Under the pieces are notes generated by a model, which was given only the letters and a program-made list of their open reading frames with translations, did no database searches and was not told the origin of the DNA. A program made the translations under genes and the position numbers. A DNA stretch of 64,000 nucleotides from positions 385,764,001 to 385,828,000 of the forward strand of contig OZ024741.1 of assembly GCA_964016885.1 (NCBI GenBank), given 5' to 3'. Shown here in pieces: positions 63,196 through 64,000 of this stretch; position 1 is the stretch's first letter; each line of letters begins with the position of its first letter. The DNA is from Eledone cirrhosa (lineage: Eukaryota).

Positions 63196-64000
63196 TCTCA
63201 GGTCATCCCTGATCAAGTAGACCTATCATAAAAAGCATTTCAGTTATGGCAGTGGTTTGGTAGAATTGTGAGAGCATCAGACAAAGTCTTTTGAGGTATT
63301 TGTTCCAGTTTTTTGCATTGTGAGTTTTGGGGTGGTAAATTTAATCTGTTGTCCATTTTAATATCATAATTTAGTTCTTTGGTTAGAGTTAACTCTGTTA
63401 CAAGCATTTAGGCTGGATGTTCAGTTGGAGGATACCTTCCTTTTTCTTCTCACCAGTCATGGAGGCCCTGGAAAAAAAAAATGAGTGAGCAGGCAGGTGT
63501 TGACATGGGCAGTGCCCGTTTTTCCTTTGTTAAATTGTAAAATACCAGAAGTTGTGACGAGTAGATGGAATGGTAAGGCAATGGAAAGACAAATGAAAAC
63601 AATGTTTCCATTTGTCTGATTTGATGTATTCCACCCCACTCGGTAAGCAAATGAGGTCTGGGATCTTGTTGATCAAACTCCATCTATCTAAATGGTAAAA
63701 TAAAAAAAGATAATTAGCCAAGAGAGCCTCTATATTACACCTTACAGTCTTAAAAAAGGAGAGCACATTGGACAATGTATTATGGAGATACAAAAACTGG
63801 GATTGGCATGGTTGGAATCTATTTCAATATAGGTCTCTTAGAGCTTGACGAACATGACATTTGAAAGGAGTAAATATGTTAATTAGGAGTTGTTTAAAGT
63901 TTTTTTTTTTAAAAACATGCAAATATTTAGATACCAGTGTGGAGGCATTTGGCCTAGTAGTAAGGGTGTTGTAAGGATGTTGATCATAATGTTGTGGGTT

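Overview
Repeat-rich animal genomic DNA, most likely an octopod cephalopod (inferred from the SINE/LINE tail families and the (TA)n/(CA)n density). The window carries the first 20 coding exons of a + strand VWA8 gene (mitochondrial AAA+ ATPase with a C-terminal vWA domain). They splice by GT-AG rules into one frame of 2211 nt (737 codons), and the gene continues past the window end. Intron 1 holds a ~14 kb array of a 20-bp satellite with 1.5-1.7 kb higher-order repeats; its right flank and monomer match a TTAA-type MITE found elsewhere in the window. Other introns contain RTE, CR1, Tx1/L1-like and R4/Dong-like LINE remnants, a Penelope-like element with inverted pseudo-LTRs, a young non-autonomous LTR element (TRIM-like, tRNA-Trp PBS), SINEs and MITEs. 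The most unusual signal is a set of hammerhead-ribozyme-like motifs. Two of them are near-perfect palindromes in which the CUGANGA core appears replaced by the reverse complement of the GAAA-stem III-GUC half. All calls were made by eye; no searches were run.
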